Assembly (NCBI GenBank): GCA_017441705.1
Contig: JAFRWU010000009.1
Location: 2,657 to 66,656, forward strand
Reading direction: 5' to 3'
DNA from: Clostridia bacterium
Lineage (GTDB): Bacteria; Bacillota; Clostridia; Oscillospirales; QAMX01
Length of the DNA: 64,000 nucleotides
The translations under genes were made by a program, and so were the position numbers. The notes under the pieces are model-generated. The model did not search any database, was not told where the DNA came from, and worked only from the letters and a program-made list of their open reading frames with translations. Positions 16,985-27,227 of this stretch are shown in pieces; the stretch's first letter is position 1; each line of letters starts with the position of its first letter.

Positions 16985-19810
16985 TTACTTGTCCCTGCGG
17001 GAAAAGAGCTTTTTCAGATATCTTCCCGTGTGGGATCCCGGGATTTGCGCCACCTCTTCCGGCGTTCCCTCCGCAACGATCCTTCCTCCGCCGTCGCCGC
17101 CCTCGGGGCCCAGATCGATGATGTGATCGGCGGTTTTGATCACGTCCATGTTGTGTTCGATCACCAGGACTGTATTTCCCGCGTCGACCAGCCTTCCAAG
17201 GACTGCGAGCAGACGGTCCACGTCGTCGGCGTGGAGCCCCGTTGTGGGTTCGTCGAGGACGTAGAAGGTCCTTCCCGTTGCAGGACGCATCAGTTCTGTC
17301 GCGAGCTTTACACGCTGCGCCTCACCGCCGGAAAGCGTGGTCGAGGGCTGGCCGAGATTTATGTATCCGAGCCCCACGTCCACGAGCGTCTGGATCCTTG
17401 TACGGAGCCTCGGAACGTTCTCGAAGAATCCGAGGGCCTCATCCGCCGTCATGTCCAGGACGTCGCTGATCGTCTTTCCTTTGTATTTTACTTCAAGCGT
17501 ATCCCGGTTGTAGCGTTTTCCGCGGCACACCTCGCAAGGCACGTAAACGTCGGCCAAAAAGCTCATCTCGATCCTTTTGACCCCGTCTCCCTCGCAGGCC
17601 TCGCACCGGCCGCCCTTGACGTTGAAGGAAAAACGTCCCTTTCCGTATCCGCGCGCCTTTGCGCCCGGTGTGGCCGCGAAGATGTCGCGGATGTCGGTGA
17701 ATATGCCCGTATAGGTCGCGGGATTCGAACGGGGCGACCTGCCGATCGGCGCCTGGGTAATATCGATCACCTTGTCAAGATATTCCGTGCCTTCAAGTCT
17801 TTGATACAGCCCGCTGCCGCGGGAAGCGCGGTTCAGTTTTTCTGCGAGCGCACGATAGAGAACGTCGTTGATCAGAGAAGATTTTCCGGATCCCGATACG
17901 CCCGTCACGCAGATCAGTTTTCCGAGCGGGAAATCAACGGTCAGGTTTTTCAGATTGTTTTCCCTGGCTCCGATCAATCGCAGGACTTTGCCGTTTCCCT
18001 TTCTTCTGACCGCGGGGATCGCTATCTGCTTTTTCCCCGAAAGATACGCGCCGGTCAAGGAACCGGGACATGCGGCAACCTCGTCCGGAGTTCCCGCGCT
18101 GACGATCTCGCCGCCGTTGATGCCCGCTCCGGGACCCACATCCACGAGGTAATCGGCCTCGCGCATGGTCTCTTCGTCATGTTCTACCACGATCACCGTA
18201 TTGCCGAGATCGCGCAGATGCTTCAGAGTCGCGAGCAGGCGGTCGTTATCCCTCTGGTGAAGGCCGATCGACGGCTCGTCGAGGATATACAGGACTCCCA
18301 TCAGAGCAGAGCCGAGCTGCGTCGTCAGACGGATGCGCTGGCTCTCACCGCCGGACAGAGTGCCGGCGGAGCGCGAGAGGGTGAGATACTCCAGCCCCAC
18401 GTCCTTAAGGAAGGAGAGCCGGTTCCGGATCTCGGTCAGGAGCTTCTCGGCGACTGCCGTGCGGTTTGCGGGAAAAGTAAGGGTCGAGAGAAATTCCAGC
18501 TCATCCTTTACCGAAAGAGAGGTGAATTCGGAAATGTTTTTGCCGCCGACCGTTACGGAGAGCGGCTCCTTTTTCAGCCTCGTACCGTGACAGGTCTTGC
18601 ACGGCACGGCGACCATCACGCTTTCCACATATTCGCGGATGCTCTCGGAATTCGTGCTTTCGTACCGGCGCATCAGATTGGGGATGATGCCTTCGAAGCG
18701 GTGGGATTCGTATTCCGAATACGGGGACTTGTAGGTCTCGTCCCCGGTCCCGTAGAGAAAGAGATCCAGGTCTTCCCTGCTGAGTTCGGAGACCGGCTTT
18801 CCGAGATCGATCCCGTGGCGCTTCGCGATCTCGTCGAAATAGAAATTCGCGAAGGTACCGCCGTCTTCGGAGTAATGCCATCCGCCGACGTCAATGGCGC
18901 CCTGACGGATGGAAAGGCTCTTGTCGCGGATCAGAAGATCCGGATCGATGTGGGTACTGTATCCGAGCCCGGCGCAGTCGGGACAGGCGCCGAGGGGGTT
19001 GTTGAAGGAGAAATGACGGGGCGTCATCTCCTCCATGTCGGTCCCGCAGAAATCGCATTTGTAGTTCTGTGAAAAGACCTCGTCCTCCCCTGTCTTCATA
19101 TCCGCCACGACGGCGACGCCCTTGCCCTGCTCCCATGCGATCTCCAGAGAATCGGCCAGCCGGCTTTCCATGCCCGGCCGTACGGCAAGCCTGTCGATCA
19201 CGATCTCGATCGTATGCCTTTCGTCCCTGTCGAGGTGTTCCTCGCCGATATCGACCACTTCCCCGTCGACGCGCGCACGGATGTACCCGGAGCGCACGGC
19301 GTCCTCGAAGATCTTCGCATGGTCGCCCTTCCGGGAACGCACCTTCGGCGCAAGGATCATGATGCGCGTCCCCTCGGCATAGGAGGTGACCCTTTCCACG
19401 ACCTGATCCAGCGATACCTTCCGGATCTCTCTGCCGCATTTCGGGCAGTGCGGAGTCCCGGCCCTTGCATAGAGAAGGCGGAGGTAATCGTATATCTCCG
19501 TCACCGTGCCCACCGTGGAACGGGGATTGCGGGACGTGGTCTTCTGGTCGATGGAGATAGCCGGTGAAAGGCCGTTGATGGAATCCACGTCAGGCTTGTC
19601 CATCTGCCCCAGAAACTGGCGTGCGTAAGCCGACAAAGACTCCACGTAGCGTCTTTGTCCCTCCGCGTATATGGTGTCGAATGCAAGCGAGGATTTTCCG
19701 GACCCGGAAAGCCCCGTGATCACCGTAAGGCGGTTGCGGGGAATGACGACGGATATGTTTTTCAGGTTGTGGACTCTCGCGCCTTCCACGACCAGCTGGT
19801 TCTTCATCAT
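16985..19810 (-). CDS. uvrA: Excinuclease ABC subunit A
   Basis: 941 aa with two ABC modules (GLSGSGKSS and GVSGSGKSS) and zinc-finger cysteines. The start overlaps the uvrB stop. Confidence 0.97.
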   Translation of the reverse strand: MMKNQLVVEGARVHNLKNISVVIPRNRLTVITGLSGSGKSSLAFDTIYAEGQRRYVESLSAYARQFLGQMDKPDVDSINGLSPAISIDQKTTSRNPRSTVGTVTEIYDYLRLLYARAGTPHCPKCGREIRKVSLDQVVERVTSYAEGTRIMILAPKVRSRKGDHAKIFEDAVRSGYIRARVDGEVVDIGEEHLDRDERHTIEIVIDRLAVRPGMESRLADSLEIAWEQGKGVAVVADMKTGEDEVFSQNYKCDFCGTDMEEMTPRHFSFNNPLGACPDCAGLGYSTHIDPDLLIRDKSLSIRQGAIDVGGWHYSEDGGTFANFYFDEIAKRHGIDLGKPVSELSREDLDLFLYGTGDETYKSPYSEYESHRFEGIIPNLMRRYESTNSESIREYVESVMVAVPCKTCHGTRLKKEPLSVTVGGKNISEFTSLSVKDELEFLSTLTFPANRTAVAEKLLTEIRNRLSFLKDVGLEYLTLSRSAGTLSGGESQRIRLTTQLGSALMGVLYILDEPSIGLHQRDNDRLLATLKHLRDLGNTVIVVEHDEETMREADYLVDVGPGAGINGGEIVSAGTPDEVAACPGSLTGAYLSGKKQIAIPAVRRKGNGKVLRLIGARENNLKNLTVDFPLGKLICVTGVSGSGKSSLINDVLYRALAEKLNRASRGSGLYQRLEGTEYLDKVIDITQAPIGRSPRSNPATYTGIFTDIRDIFAATPGAKARGYGKGRFSFNVKGGRCEACEGDGVKRIEMSFLADVYVPCEVCRGKRYNRDTLEVKYKGKTISDVLDMTADEALGFFENVPRLRTRIQTLVDVGLGYINLGQPSTTLSGGEAQRVKLATELMRPATGRTFYVLDEPTTGLHADDVDRLLAVLGRLVDAGNTVLVIEHNMDVIKTADHIIDLGPEGGDGGGRIVAEGTPEEVAQIPGSHTGRYLKKLFSRRDK

Positions 19811-21783
19811 TTGCCCTTCTTTTGTCTCATGCCGCGCAGTCTTATGATCCTGTCGCGCAGTTCCGCGGCATATTCGAAATCCAGAAGCTTTGCAGCCTCT
19901 TTCATGCTCTTTTCAAGCGATGCGATCAGCTCGAGCCTTTCGCGTGCCGACATATGCGCCTCTTTCTCCTCGGATTCGACAGGCGCCTCGCCGATTTCTA
20001 TGATGGAACGCACGTCTTTTTTTACCGTCTTCGGTATGATGCCGTGCGCGTCGTTGTATGCTTTCTGGATCCTTCTGCGGCGTTCGGTCTCGTCGATGGC
20101 GACCTGCATGGAACGGGTGACCTGATCGGCGTACAGAACGACCTTGCCGTGCTCGTTGCGCGCGGCGCGTCCGATGATCTGGATCAGAGAAGTCTCGCTC
20201 CGCAGGAAGCCTTCCTTGTCCGCATCCAGGATCGCGATCAGCGACACTTCGGGAAGATCGAGACCCTCTCTCAAAAGATTGATCCCCACCAGAACGTCAA
20301 ATTTCCCCATCCGCAGATCGCGGATGATCTCCATCCGTTCTATATTCTCCACCTGATGGTGCATATAACGGACCTTGATGCCGGCACCGGACAGGAAGGA
20401 GGTCAGATCCTCCGCCATGGCCTTTGTGAGCGTCGTGACAAGCACGCGCTCGCCGGCGGCGGTCCTCTCTTCGATGCGGGCCATCAGATCGTCGATCTGG
20501 TTTTCCGTCGGACAGACTTCGATTTCGGGATCCAGAAGCCCCGTCGGACGGATCACCTGTTCCACGATCTGGGAGGAACGGCTCTTTTCATAATCCTGCG
20601 GCGTCGCGCTGACGTATATCACCTGATTGATCTTGCTCTCAAACTCATCGAAAAAGAGCGGGCGGTTATCGAAAGCGCTGGGCAGACGGAATCCGTAATC
20701 CACAAGAACCTGTTTGCGCGCACGGTCACCTGCGGACATGCCGCGGATCTGCGGAATCGAAACGTGCGATTCGTCAATGAACATCAGATAATCCTTCGGA
20801 AAGTAATCCAGGAGCGTATACGGCGCGCTGCCCGGTTCCCTGCCGGACAGGATACGGGAATAGTTTTCGATCCCGCTGCAGTATCCGATCTCCTGCATCA
20901 GTTCCATGTCGTAATTGGTGCGCTGCAGAAGCCGCTGGGCTTCCAGAAGCTTGCCTTCGGATTTCAGAACCGATACGCGCTCATCCAGCTCTTTTTTGAT
21001 TTCGACAATGGCGCGGCGGGTCTTTTCCTGCGTCGTGGCATGATGATTTGCCGGATAAATCATGGCGTGACGGATGATCCGGAGGGTCTTTCCCGTAAGC
21101 ACGTCGATTTCACTGATGCGATCGATCTCGTCGTCGAAGAATTCCACCCGGACTGCGGTCTTGTCGCTGTAGGACGGCAGGATTTCCACCGTATCGCCGC
21201 GGACTCGGAATTTCGATCTGGTGAAATTCACGTCGTTCCTTTCGTAGTGGATCTCCACAAGCCGCCTGATCAAGGCATCGCGATCCATTTTCATGCCCTG
21301 ACGGATCGAAGCCACCAGTGTCGAATAATCCTCCGGATCGCCGAGGCCGTAGATACAGGAGACCGAAGCGACGATGATCACGTCCCTTCTTTCGAACAGA
21401 GAGGTGGTCGCGCTGTGACGGAGGCGGTCGATCTCCTCGTTCATGGAGGAGTCCTTTTCGATATAGGTGTCTGTGTGCGGGATATATGCCTCCGGCTGGT
21501 AATAATCGAAGTACGATACGAAGTATTCCACGGCGTTTTCCGGGAAAAACTCCTTGAATTCCGCGCACAATTGAGCGGCCAGAGTCTTGTTGTGAGCGAT
21601 CACGAGAGTCGGCCTTTGGACCTTCGCGATGATATTTGCCATGGTGAAGGTTTTGCCGGAGCCGGTCACGCCGAGAAGCGTCTGCTCATGAAAGCCGAGA
21701 TTCAGACCGTTCACAAGAGAGTCGACAGCCTGCCGCTGATCATCCGACGGCTTGTATTCGCTTTTCAGTTCAAAATGATCCAC
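19807..21783 (-). CDS. uvrB: Excinuclease ABC subunit B
   Basis: [13 protein letters not shown], helicase motifs and a C-terminal UVR domain are present. I place the start at GTG 21783 ([12 protein letters not shown]), behind AAAGGGAGGAAGG. This gives the canonical N-terminal length. The upstream ATG at 21825 lies inside the predicted -10 box. Confidence 0.93.
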   Translation of the reverse strand: MDHFELKSEYKPSDDQRQAVDSLVNGLNLGFHEQTLLGVTGSGKTFTMANIIAKVQRPTLVIAHNKTLAAQLCAEFKEFFPENAVEYFVSYFDYYQPEAYIPHTDTYIEKDSSMNEEIDRLRHSATTSLFERRDVIIVASVSCIYGLGDPEDYSTLVASIRQGMKMDRDALIRRLVEIHYERNDVNFTRSKFRVRGDTVEILPSYSDKTAVRVEFFDDEIDRISEIDVLTGKTLRIIRHAMIYPANHHATTQEKTRRAIVEIKKELDERVSVLKSEGKLLEAQRLLQRTNYDMELMQEIGYCSGIENYSRILSGREPGSAPYTLLDYFPKDYLMFIDESHVSIPQIRGMSAGDRARKQVLVDYGFRLPSAFDNRPLFFDEFESKINQVIYVSATPQDYEKSRSSQIVEQVIRPTGLLDPEIEVCPTENQIDDLMARIEERTAAGERVLVTTLTKAMAEDLTSFLSGAGIKVRYMHHQVENIERMEIIRDLRMGKFDVLVGINLLREGLDLPEVSLIAILDADKEGFLRSETSLIQIIGRAARNEHGKVVLYADQVTRSMQVAIDETERRRRIQKAYNDAHGIIPKTVKKDVRSIIEIGEAPVESEEKEAHMSARERLELIASLEKSMKEAAKLLDFEYAAELRDRIIRLRGMRQKKGK

Positions 21784-21823
21784 GGAGCCTTCCTCCCTTT
21801 CCGCAGCTTGCAGAACTGTTTTC

Positions 21824-21853
21824 ATTGTATCACAACGGCGCAAGGGAATGCAA
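21824..21853 (-). promoter_or_regulatory. Promoter, TTGCAT-18 nt-TACAAT with TG extension (for uvrBA)
   Basis: Minus strand: TTGCAT is the complement of 21848-21853 and TGaTACAAT ends at the complement of 21824. Confidence 0.5.
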
Positions 21854-21972
21854 TATCGTTTTTCGGGCGTCGGTCCCGATCACACCGAATGTGTGTCGGC
21901 ATAAAGACCGGGAAAGCCGCTCAAACCGAAGCGGGCCGGCGCAGCCGGTCCGCTTCGTCTTTCCGTATCCGA

Positions 21973-22719
21973 TTACGGCTTTTTTCTCGCCACCAGAAAG
22001 ATCCGGTCCTCATCCGCTTTCGGAGATCTGAATTTCAGGTTCCCGTATACGTGCAGAAGCTCCATTCCGTTCATTTCCAATACCGGGCGGATCTCTTCCG
22101 GCGTATAGCCGCGTTCGAGGTGGTCTTCACTTTGTCTTCTGTACCTGCAGCCGGTCTGCTTTTCAAAGAAGTCAAGATAGAAACCGGCAAGCTTCGTCTT
22201 TTCATCCCACGCTGCCTGCCAGACGCAGAAGAGATCGTCGGTCTCCCGTACGAAGGCGCCGCCGGAGAGGGAACTGAGCTTATAAGGGGTATTGAGATCG
22301 AAGACGAAGAGTCCGCCGGGATTCAGGAACAGTGAGACCCTTGCAAAGGCTTTTTGAAGGTCGGCGGGATCGGCGAGATAGTTGACGCTGTCCAGAAAGG
22401 ATACGACCGCGTCCACCGTCCCGTAAAGATCCAGTCCGGTCATGCTCTGACAGATAAAGGCCGGCCGGTTGGAAAGCGAAGCGCACTTGTTCAACGCCTC
22501 GGAAAGCATGTCCGGCGAGGAATCGGCGCCTATTACGTCGTATCCCCGTTCCGCAAGCAGCTTCGATACGGTTCCTGTACCGCAGGCGAGATCGAGGATC
22601 AATTGCGGCGACGCTTTTTCCTTCTGAAAGATCCTCAGAAGAAACTCAACGAATTCCGTATAGGGAACGTCGGCGGTCAGGGCGTCGTAATACCGCGCCA
22701 TCACGTGATAGATGCTCAT
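21973..22719 (-). CDS. Class I SAM-dependent methyltransferase
   Basis: 248 aa with motif I ILDLACGTG. The start overlaps the stop of the upstream yerC-like gene. Confidence 0.8.
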   Translation of the reverse strand: MSIYHVMARYYDALTADVPYTEFVEFLLRIFQKEKASPQLILDLACGTGTVSKLLAERGYDVIGADSSPDMLSEALNKCASLSNRPAFICQSMTGLDLYGTVDAVVSFLDSVNYLADPADLQKAFARVSLFLNPGGLFVFDLNTPYKLSSLSGGAFVRETDDLFCVWQAAWDEKTKLAGFYLDFFEKQTGCRYRRQSEDHLERGYTPEEIRPVLEMNGMELLHVYGNLKFRSPKADEDRIFLVARKKP

Positions 22720-23006
22720 GGATTGTCGTCAAGCCTTTCAAAGATGCGGTTATAGGAGCCGTTGCCGTAAAGAAGGCTGCGGTTGACGCGGCTGATGGTG
22801 GTAGTGCTGGCGCCTGTTTCGTTGATGATGAGATTGTAAGGCATCTTTTTGCGCAGGAGTCTCGCTACGGTGAAACGCTGTTCCATGGCCTTGAGTTCGG
22901 CGATCGAGCACAGATCCTCCATAAAGGCATAGGCTTCCTCCGCCGTCCGGAGGCCGGCGATCGCATCCATCAGTTTGTCCATGCGCTCGTTCTTCAACGA
23001 TTCCAT
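22716..23006 (-). CDS. YerC/YecD family TrpR-like DNA-binding protein
   Basis: 96 aa. AELKAMEQRFTVARLL and ETGASTTTISRVNRSL match the YerC/YecD helix-turn-helix pattern. Confidence 0.8.
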   Translation of the reverse strand: MESLKNERMDKLMDAIAGLRTAEEAYAFMEDLCSIAELKAMEQRFTVARLLRKKMPYNLIINETGASTTTISRVNRSLLYGNGSYNRIFERLDDNP

Positions 23007-23019
23007 TTCAAATCCCTTT

Positions 23020-24546
23020 CTATATCGTCAGTAGTTTGTTGACGCCGTTGATATAAGCTTTCAGACTCGCTTCCAGGATATCCGTGGAAAGACCGCGGCC
23101 GGTATAGACGACTCCTTCGCTTCTGAGCTTGATCAGGACTTCGCCCAAAGCGTCTTCGCCTTCGGTCACGGAATTGATGCTGTAATCCTCCAGAGAGTAC
23201 GTCAGAGATTCATATCCTTTCGTATGACGTACGATCCGATCGACCGTCTTGAAAGCGGCGTCTATCGGTCCGGATCCCATGCAGGAGTCTTCGGTTTCCC
23301 TGCCGTCGCGCTCCAGCTTGACAGAAGCCATGGAAGGAATGGTGTTGCCGCTGTTGACGATGAAACGGATCAGCCGGAACCCTTTGCCGATCGAACGCCG
23401 TTTTTCGCCGGCGATCGCATGCAGATCCTTGTCGGTTACCGCCTTCTTGCGTTCCGCCACCATTTTGAACATTTCAAAAGCTTCGTCGAGTTCTTCTTTA
23501 TCCATGCGGATCCCCAGCTCGGAAAGGCGCTGCTCGAAGGCGTGGCGGCCGGAATGCTTGCCCAGCACCATATCGTTTTTGGGAATTCCGACGTCCTCCG
23601 GAGAGATGATCTCATAGGTCGCCCGGTTTGAAAGCATGCCGTGCTGATGGATGCCGGCCTCGTGTGCAAAGGCGTTGACGCCGATGATGGGCTTATTGGG
23701 TGGCGTGGAGATCCCGATCACCGAAGACAGCTTGCGGCAGGCGGGATACAGGAGCTTCGTGTGAATCCCGGTTTCCGCCTGATAGAAATCGTTGCGCGTG
23801 CGAAGCGCCATGACGACTTCCTCAAGAGAAGCGTTTCCCGCCCGTTCTCCGATGCCGCAGAGCGTGCACTCCACCTGGCGCGCGCCGGCGGCAACGGCCG
23901 CCACGCTGTTGGCGACCGCCATACCGAGGTCGTTGTGACAGTGAGTGGAAAACAGCACTCTTCCTTCGGGATCCACCTCTCCCATCACAGATTTATAGAT
24001 CCCATAAGTTTCGGTGGGCGTCGCGTATCCCACCGTGTCGGGAAGATTGATGATGGAAGCGCCTGCTTCGACAGCCGTTCCGGCAACTCTTTTCAGGAAA
24101 TCGAGATTGGTGCGGGTGGCGTCCTCGCAGGAAAACTCCACCTCGGGGCAGAGCGAACACGCAAGGCCGACCGATTTGAATACGGCCTCGAGAATCTCCT
24201 GCTCGTTCATATGCAGCTTGTGCTCCATATGGATCTTCGAAGTGGCGATAAAGACGTGAAGACGGGGCTTCCTGGCCGCCGACAAAGCTTTTGCAGCCGT
24301 CAGGATATCTTCTTCCCGCGCACGGGCAAGCGCCGCTACGCCGCAGGAGACGCGTTTGGCGATCTCGGCCACGGCGGTCATATCGTCGTCGGAGCTGACG
24401 GGGAAACCGGCTTCGATGACGTCGACTCCCAGAGCTTCCAGGATTTCCGCCATCTCAAGCTTTTCGGCGATGTTCATGCTGAAGCCGGGTGCTTGCTCGC
24501 CGTCGCGCAAAGTCGTATCAAAGATCAGAATGTGTTTCCTATCCAT
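23020..24546 (-). CDS. leuA: 2-isopropylmalate synthase family enzyme (LeuA-type; a CimA-type role is not excluded)
   Basis: The ORF-track frame (to 25071) was trimmed to ATG 24546 (MDRKHILIFDTTLRDGEQAPG). HCHNDLGMAVANS and a C-terminal LeuA-dimerisation-like region are present; 508 aa. Confidence 0.88.
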   Translation of the reverse strand: MDRKHILIFDTTLRDGEQAPGFSMNIAEKLEMAEILEALGVDVIEAGFPVSSDDDMTAVAEIAKRVSCGVAALARAREEDILTAAKALSAARKPRLHVFIATSKIHMEHKLHMNEQEILEAVFKSVGLACSLCPEVEFSCEDATRTNLDFLKRVAGTAVEAGASIINLPDTVGYATPTETYGIYKSVMGEVDPEGRVLFSTHCHNDLGMAVANSVAAVAAGARQVECTLCGIGERAGNASLEEVVMALRTRNDFYQAETGIHTKLLYPACRKLSSVIGISTPPNKPIIGVNAFAHEAGIHQHGMLSNRATYEIISPEDVGIPKNDMVLGKHSGRHAFEQRLSELGIRMDKEELDEAFEMFKMVAERKKAVTDKDLHAIAGEKRRSIGKGFRLIRFIVNSGNTIPSMASVKLERDGRETEDSCMGSGPIDAAFKTVDRIVRHTKGYESLTYSLEDYSINSVTEGEDALGEVLIKLRSEGVVYTGRGLSTDILEASLKAYINGVNKLLTI

Positions 24547-24575
24547 ATTGTTTCTTCGCTCTTTTCTTATATCCT

Positions 24576-24604
24576 GCGATCCAGTATACAAGGTTTCTTT
24601 TCTT
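24576..24604 (-). promoter_or_regulatory. Promoter, TTGACA-17 nt-TATACT (for leuA-like operon)
   Basis: Minus strand: TTGACA is the complement of 24599-24604 and TATACT is the complement of 24576-24581. It leaves only a ~25-nt leader. Confidence 0.6.
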
Positions 24605-24711
24605 TTGTCAATCTCCTTTCCGATGCTCTGCCGATCGTCCTCCCTGCGGTATTTCTCTTTGAATTCCGGAGATACTATGAAACAGAAAACGATCGAAAAA
24701 GGAGTGTTTGC

Positions 24712-26961
24712 ATGAAAGCATGCCTGCTCGCAGGAGGACCGGGAACGCGCCTTCATCCGTTGACCAGCTGCCGCCCGAAGCCCATGATGAGGATCTATGA
24801 CAAACCGGTCCTGGAATACGCTCTGGCGTCTTTGAAAGCAGCCGGCGTAAACGAATGCCTGATGACGCTTCTCTACCTCCCCGACTGCATTCGGAATTAT
24901 TTCGGAGACAAATACGACGGTATGCGTCTTCGTTACGCCGTAGAGGAAAAACCGGTCGGCACCGCAGGCGGCATGCTGGCTTTCCGCGAAGCGTTGAGCG
25001 ACGACGACTTTTTCGTCGTGTCCGGCGACGCGGTTTTCGATCTGGATCTGCGGAGCGCGATGCTGTTTCACAAGGAAAAGAAAGCGTCGGCCACGCTGAT
25101 TCTTTCCCGCGCCGCGGATCCCACGGGATTCGGAACGGTCCTGACCGATGAAGACGGCTGTATTGCGGGATTCCGCGAAAAGCCGGCGTGGGAAAGCGTA
25201 TCGACAGGAAGAGTCAATACGGGACTTTACGCAATGTCCCCCGCGGTTTTCGAGAAGATCCCCTCCGGCCGGGATTTTGATTTTTCCCTGGATTTATTCC
25301 CTCTGCTCCTTGCGGACCGCACTCTTTACGGGATAGAACTCCCCGGCTACTGGCATGATATGGGAACGCCCGAAGGCTATCTGGAAGCGGCGAGAGACGG
25401 ACTCAGCGGCAAATGGGCTCCTTCGATCCCGCCGGCGGGGCGGGACGCACCGCCGAACGTCCTTCTGAAACCTCCCTGCTATCTTTCGCCGGAAGCCAGG
25501 GTCGCAGACGGCGCCGTCGTGGGTCCATTTGCATCGCTGGAAAGCGGCGCCGATATCGCCAAAGGATGCTCGATTTCATTTTCGTCGGTTTTCGGCAAAA
25601 CGGGAGAAGACTCGATCGTTACCGGAGCGGTGCTTGATCGCGGATGCCGCATCGGACGGGGCACGGCGATCGCACCGCTTGCCGTCGTCGGAGAAGGCGC
25701 CGTCATTGGAAACGGATGCCTGATCGGAAGCGGCGTACACGTGTGCTGCGACGCCGTGATCGAAGACGGGTCTTTGATAAGGAGCGCGCGCGATATGAAC
25801 GGACTCACGTTTTCGCACCGCGTTTCGGTCGCATCCGGGAGAGCCGTTCTGAAGACGCTTGAAGACGCGGGGCTTCTGGCGTCCGGCCTGGTTGCCGCCT
25901 TCGGGAAGAGGATCGCGCTTGCTCCTGACGATGCGTCGGGGGAAGCTCCGTCTTTTGCAGACGCTTTTCAGGCCGAGGCCTGCGCGCTGGGAGCGGATAT
26001 ATACCGGCACGACGCTCCGACTCCGGCTGTTTCGGCTTATATGACGAAACGACTGGCCGCATCTGCCGGCGTATACTTCACGCCGATGACGGGAGGAGGC
26101 GTCGAAGCGCTTATATACAACCGCGACGGGGTACGTCTGTCCTCCCGTGAATCCGGATTCTCGCTCAGGCGGCGCGACCCGGAACCGGGAAGTCTTGCGG
26201 GGCGCGTACGCATGATCCGCGGCGCTACGGATCTGTACGCGGCGGAAGGCGCCGTGCATCCCGTTCCGGAATCCTATGTCGTTTGCTGCCGCGACTCTGT
26301 TCTGAAGGGCTTCCTCAGAAACGCAGGCGTAACGATCGCAGACGCTCCGGAAGGGCTGCCCTTCTTTGACCCGGCGTCCGGAGGGCACAGTCTTTCCCTT
26401 GTCAGCGAAAAGGGATATGCCTTTACACCTGATGAAGTCACCCTTTTGATCCTCGCCGCGCTCTATACGGCGGGAAAAGAAAGGCTGGCGATTGCGTCCG
26501 ACGCGCCGTGCTCAGCTGAATCGCTTGCCGCGGACTCCGGGAAAACGCTGCTGCGTGTCGGCCGGGACGAAGAAAGCTATAAGCTCTATGCCGGGGAACC
26601 GGCTTTGCATCAGGGGGCTTATGCCGCCGTCGCCCTGATCAAAGCGCTGATTCTTACCGGGAAAACGCTTTCCTCCTTTTCCGCCTCCATCCCCTCCTGC
26701 GTCAGCGTTCTTCGCGATTACCGCACGCGAAAAGACAGAGCCGATCTGATGGACAGATTTGCGGAGAGCGTCGCGGGAGTACGCATGGACCGTTCCGACG
26801 GCGTCCGCATGTATCTGGACGGTTCCTATCTGTCGCTTCATCCCTCCCCCTATGAAAAGCTTTTGACGCTGAAAGCGGAATCCGCCAATGAAGAAACGGC
26901 TGCAGAGCTGTGCGATTTCTATTTTGAAAAACTGAAGGAACTTGAGAACGGCGGGAAATGA
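24712..26961 (+). CDS. Sugar-1-phosphate nucleotidyltransferase fused to a left-handed beta-helix and a degenerate phosphomannomutase-like module
   Basis: ATG 24712 follows AAAAAGGAG. The N-terminus LLAGGPGTRLHPLT is the G-x-G-T-R-L signature. Hexapeptide repeats are present (VIGNGCLIGSGVHV). The C-terminal ~400 aa align by eye to PMM/PGM, but the catalytic motifs are altered. Confidence 0.8.
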   Translation: MKACLLAGGPGTRLHPLTSCRPKPMMRIYDKPVLEYALASLKAAGVNECLMTLLYLPDCIRNYFGDKYDGMRLRYAVEEKPVGTAGGMLAFREALSDDDFFVVSGDAVFDLDLRSAMLFHKEKKASATLILSRAADPTGFGTVLTDEDGCIAGFREKPAWESVSTGRVNTGLYAMSPAVFEKIPSGRDFDFSLDLFPLLLADRTLYGIELPGYWHDMGTPEGYLEAARDGLSGKWAPSIPPAGRDAPPNVLLKPPCYLSPEARVADGAVVGPFASLESGADIAKGCSISFSSVFGKTGEDSIVTGAVLDRGCRIGRGTAIAPLAVVGEGAVIGNGCLIGSGVHVCCDAVIEDGSLIRSARDMNGLTFSHRVSVASGRAVLKTLEDAGLLASGLVAAFGKRIALAPDDASGEAPSFADAFQAEACALGADIYRHDAPTPAVSAYMTKRLAASAGVYFTPMTGGGVEALIYNRDGVRLSSRESGFSLRRRDPEPGSLAGRVRMIRGATDLYAAEGAVHPVPESYVVCCRDSVLKGFLRNAGVTIADAPEGLPFFDPASGGHSLSLVSEKGYAFTPDEVTLLILAALYTAGKERLAIASDAPCSAESLAADSGKTLLRVGRDEESYKLYAGEPALHQGAYAAVALIKALILTGKTLSSFSASIPSCVSVLRDYRTRKDRADLMDRFAESVAGVRMDRSDGVRMYLDGSYLSLHPSPYEKLLTLKAESANEETAAELCDFYFEKLKELENGGK

Positions 26962-26976
26962 CTCTTTTCGTCTCGC

Positions 26977-27005
26977 TTTACTTTTTGTTTGATTCGTGAT
27001 ATAAT
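26977..27005 (+). promoter_or_regulatory. Promoter, TTTACT-17 nt-TATAAT with TG extension (for rnj)
   Basis: TTTACT at 26977-26982 and TGaTATAAT at 26997-27005. Confidence 0.5.
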
Positions 27006-27227
27006 AAGTCGATCCGGGAAAACGGAAACGCGTTTTACCGCCGTTCCGGGTTTCGACGAATTATCCGGCTTCCATCCGGTATACTGAAACAGAATTCAGC
27101 CGCTCCGTCGGAGCGGTACATAGATAAATGTGAAAAGACTGTAATGGAGCGGCACGCGGTTCTTTGCGGGACCGTGAATTTGTCGTCTTGTTTTCGTACA
27201 GCTTTTCCGTTAAGAACAGGAGAAATA

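Noticed and set aside
21885-21899. Possible LexA (Cheo-type) SOS box CGAATGTGTGTCGG upstream of uvrB. A GAAAACAGTTC element also lies next to the -10 box.
   Set aside because: The first matches only about 8 of the 10 conserved positions of CGAAC-N4-GTTCG and lies ~35 nt upstream of the -35 box. The second has the wrong half-site spacing (3 nt instead of 4). Neither is convincing without a genome-wide motif model.
24547-25071. The N-terminal 175 aa of ORF 23020..25071, and the first 357 aa of ORF 23641..26961, which overlap each other on opposite strands.
   Set aside because: The conserved enzyme N-termini (MDRKHILIFDTTLRDGEQ and MKACLLAGGPGTRLHPLT) begin at internal ATGs, and promoter or SD signals sit just upstream of them. 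The extensions are read-through of the divergent intergenic region and of the neighbouring gene's antisense strand.
27144-27227. The in-frame upstream ATG (27144) that would add 28 aa to RNase J.
   Set aside because: It has no SD, and the extension (MERHAVLCGTVNLSSCF...) is not part of the conserved RNase J N-terminus. ATG 27228 has AGGAG at the proper spacing.
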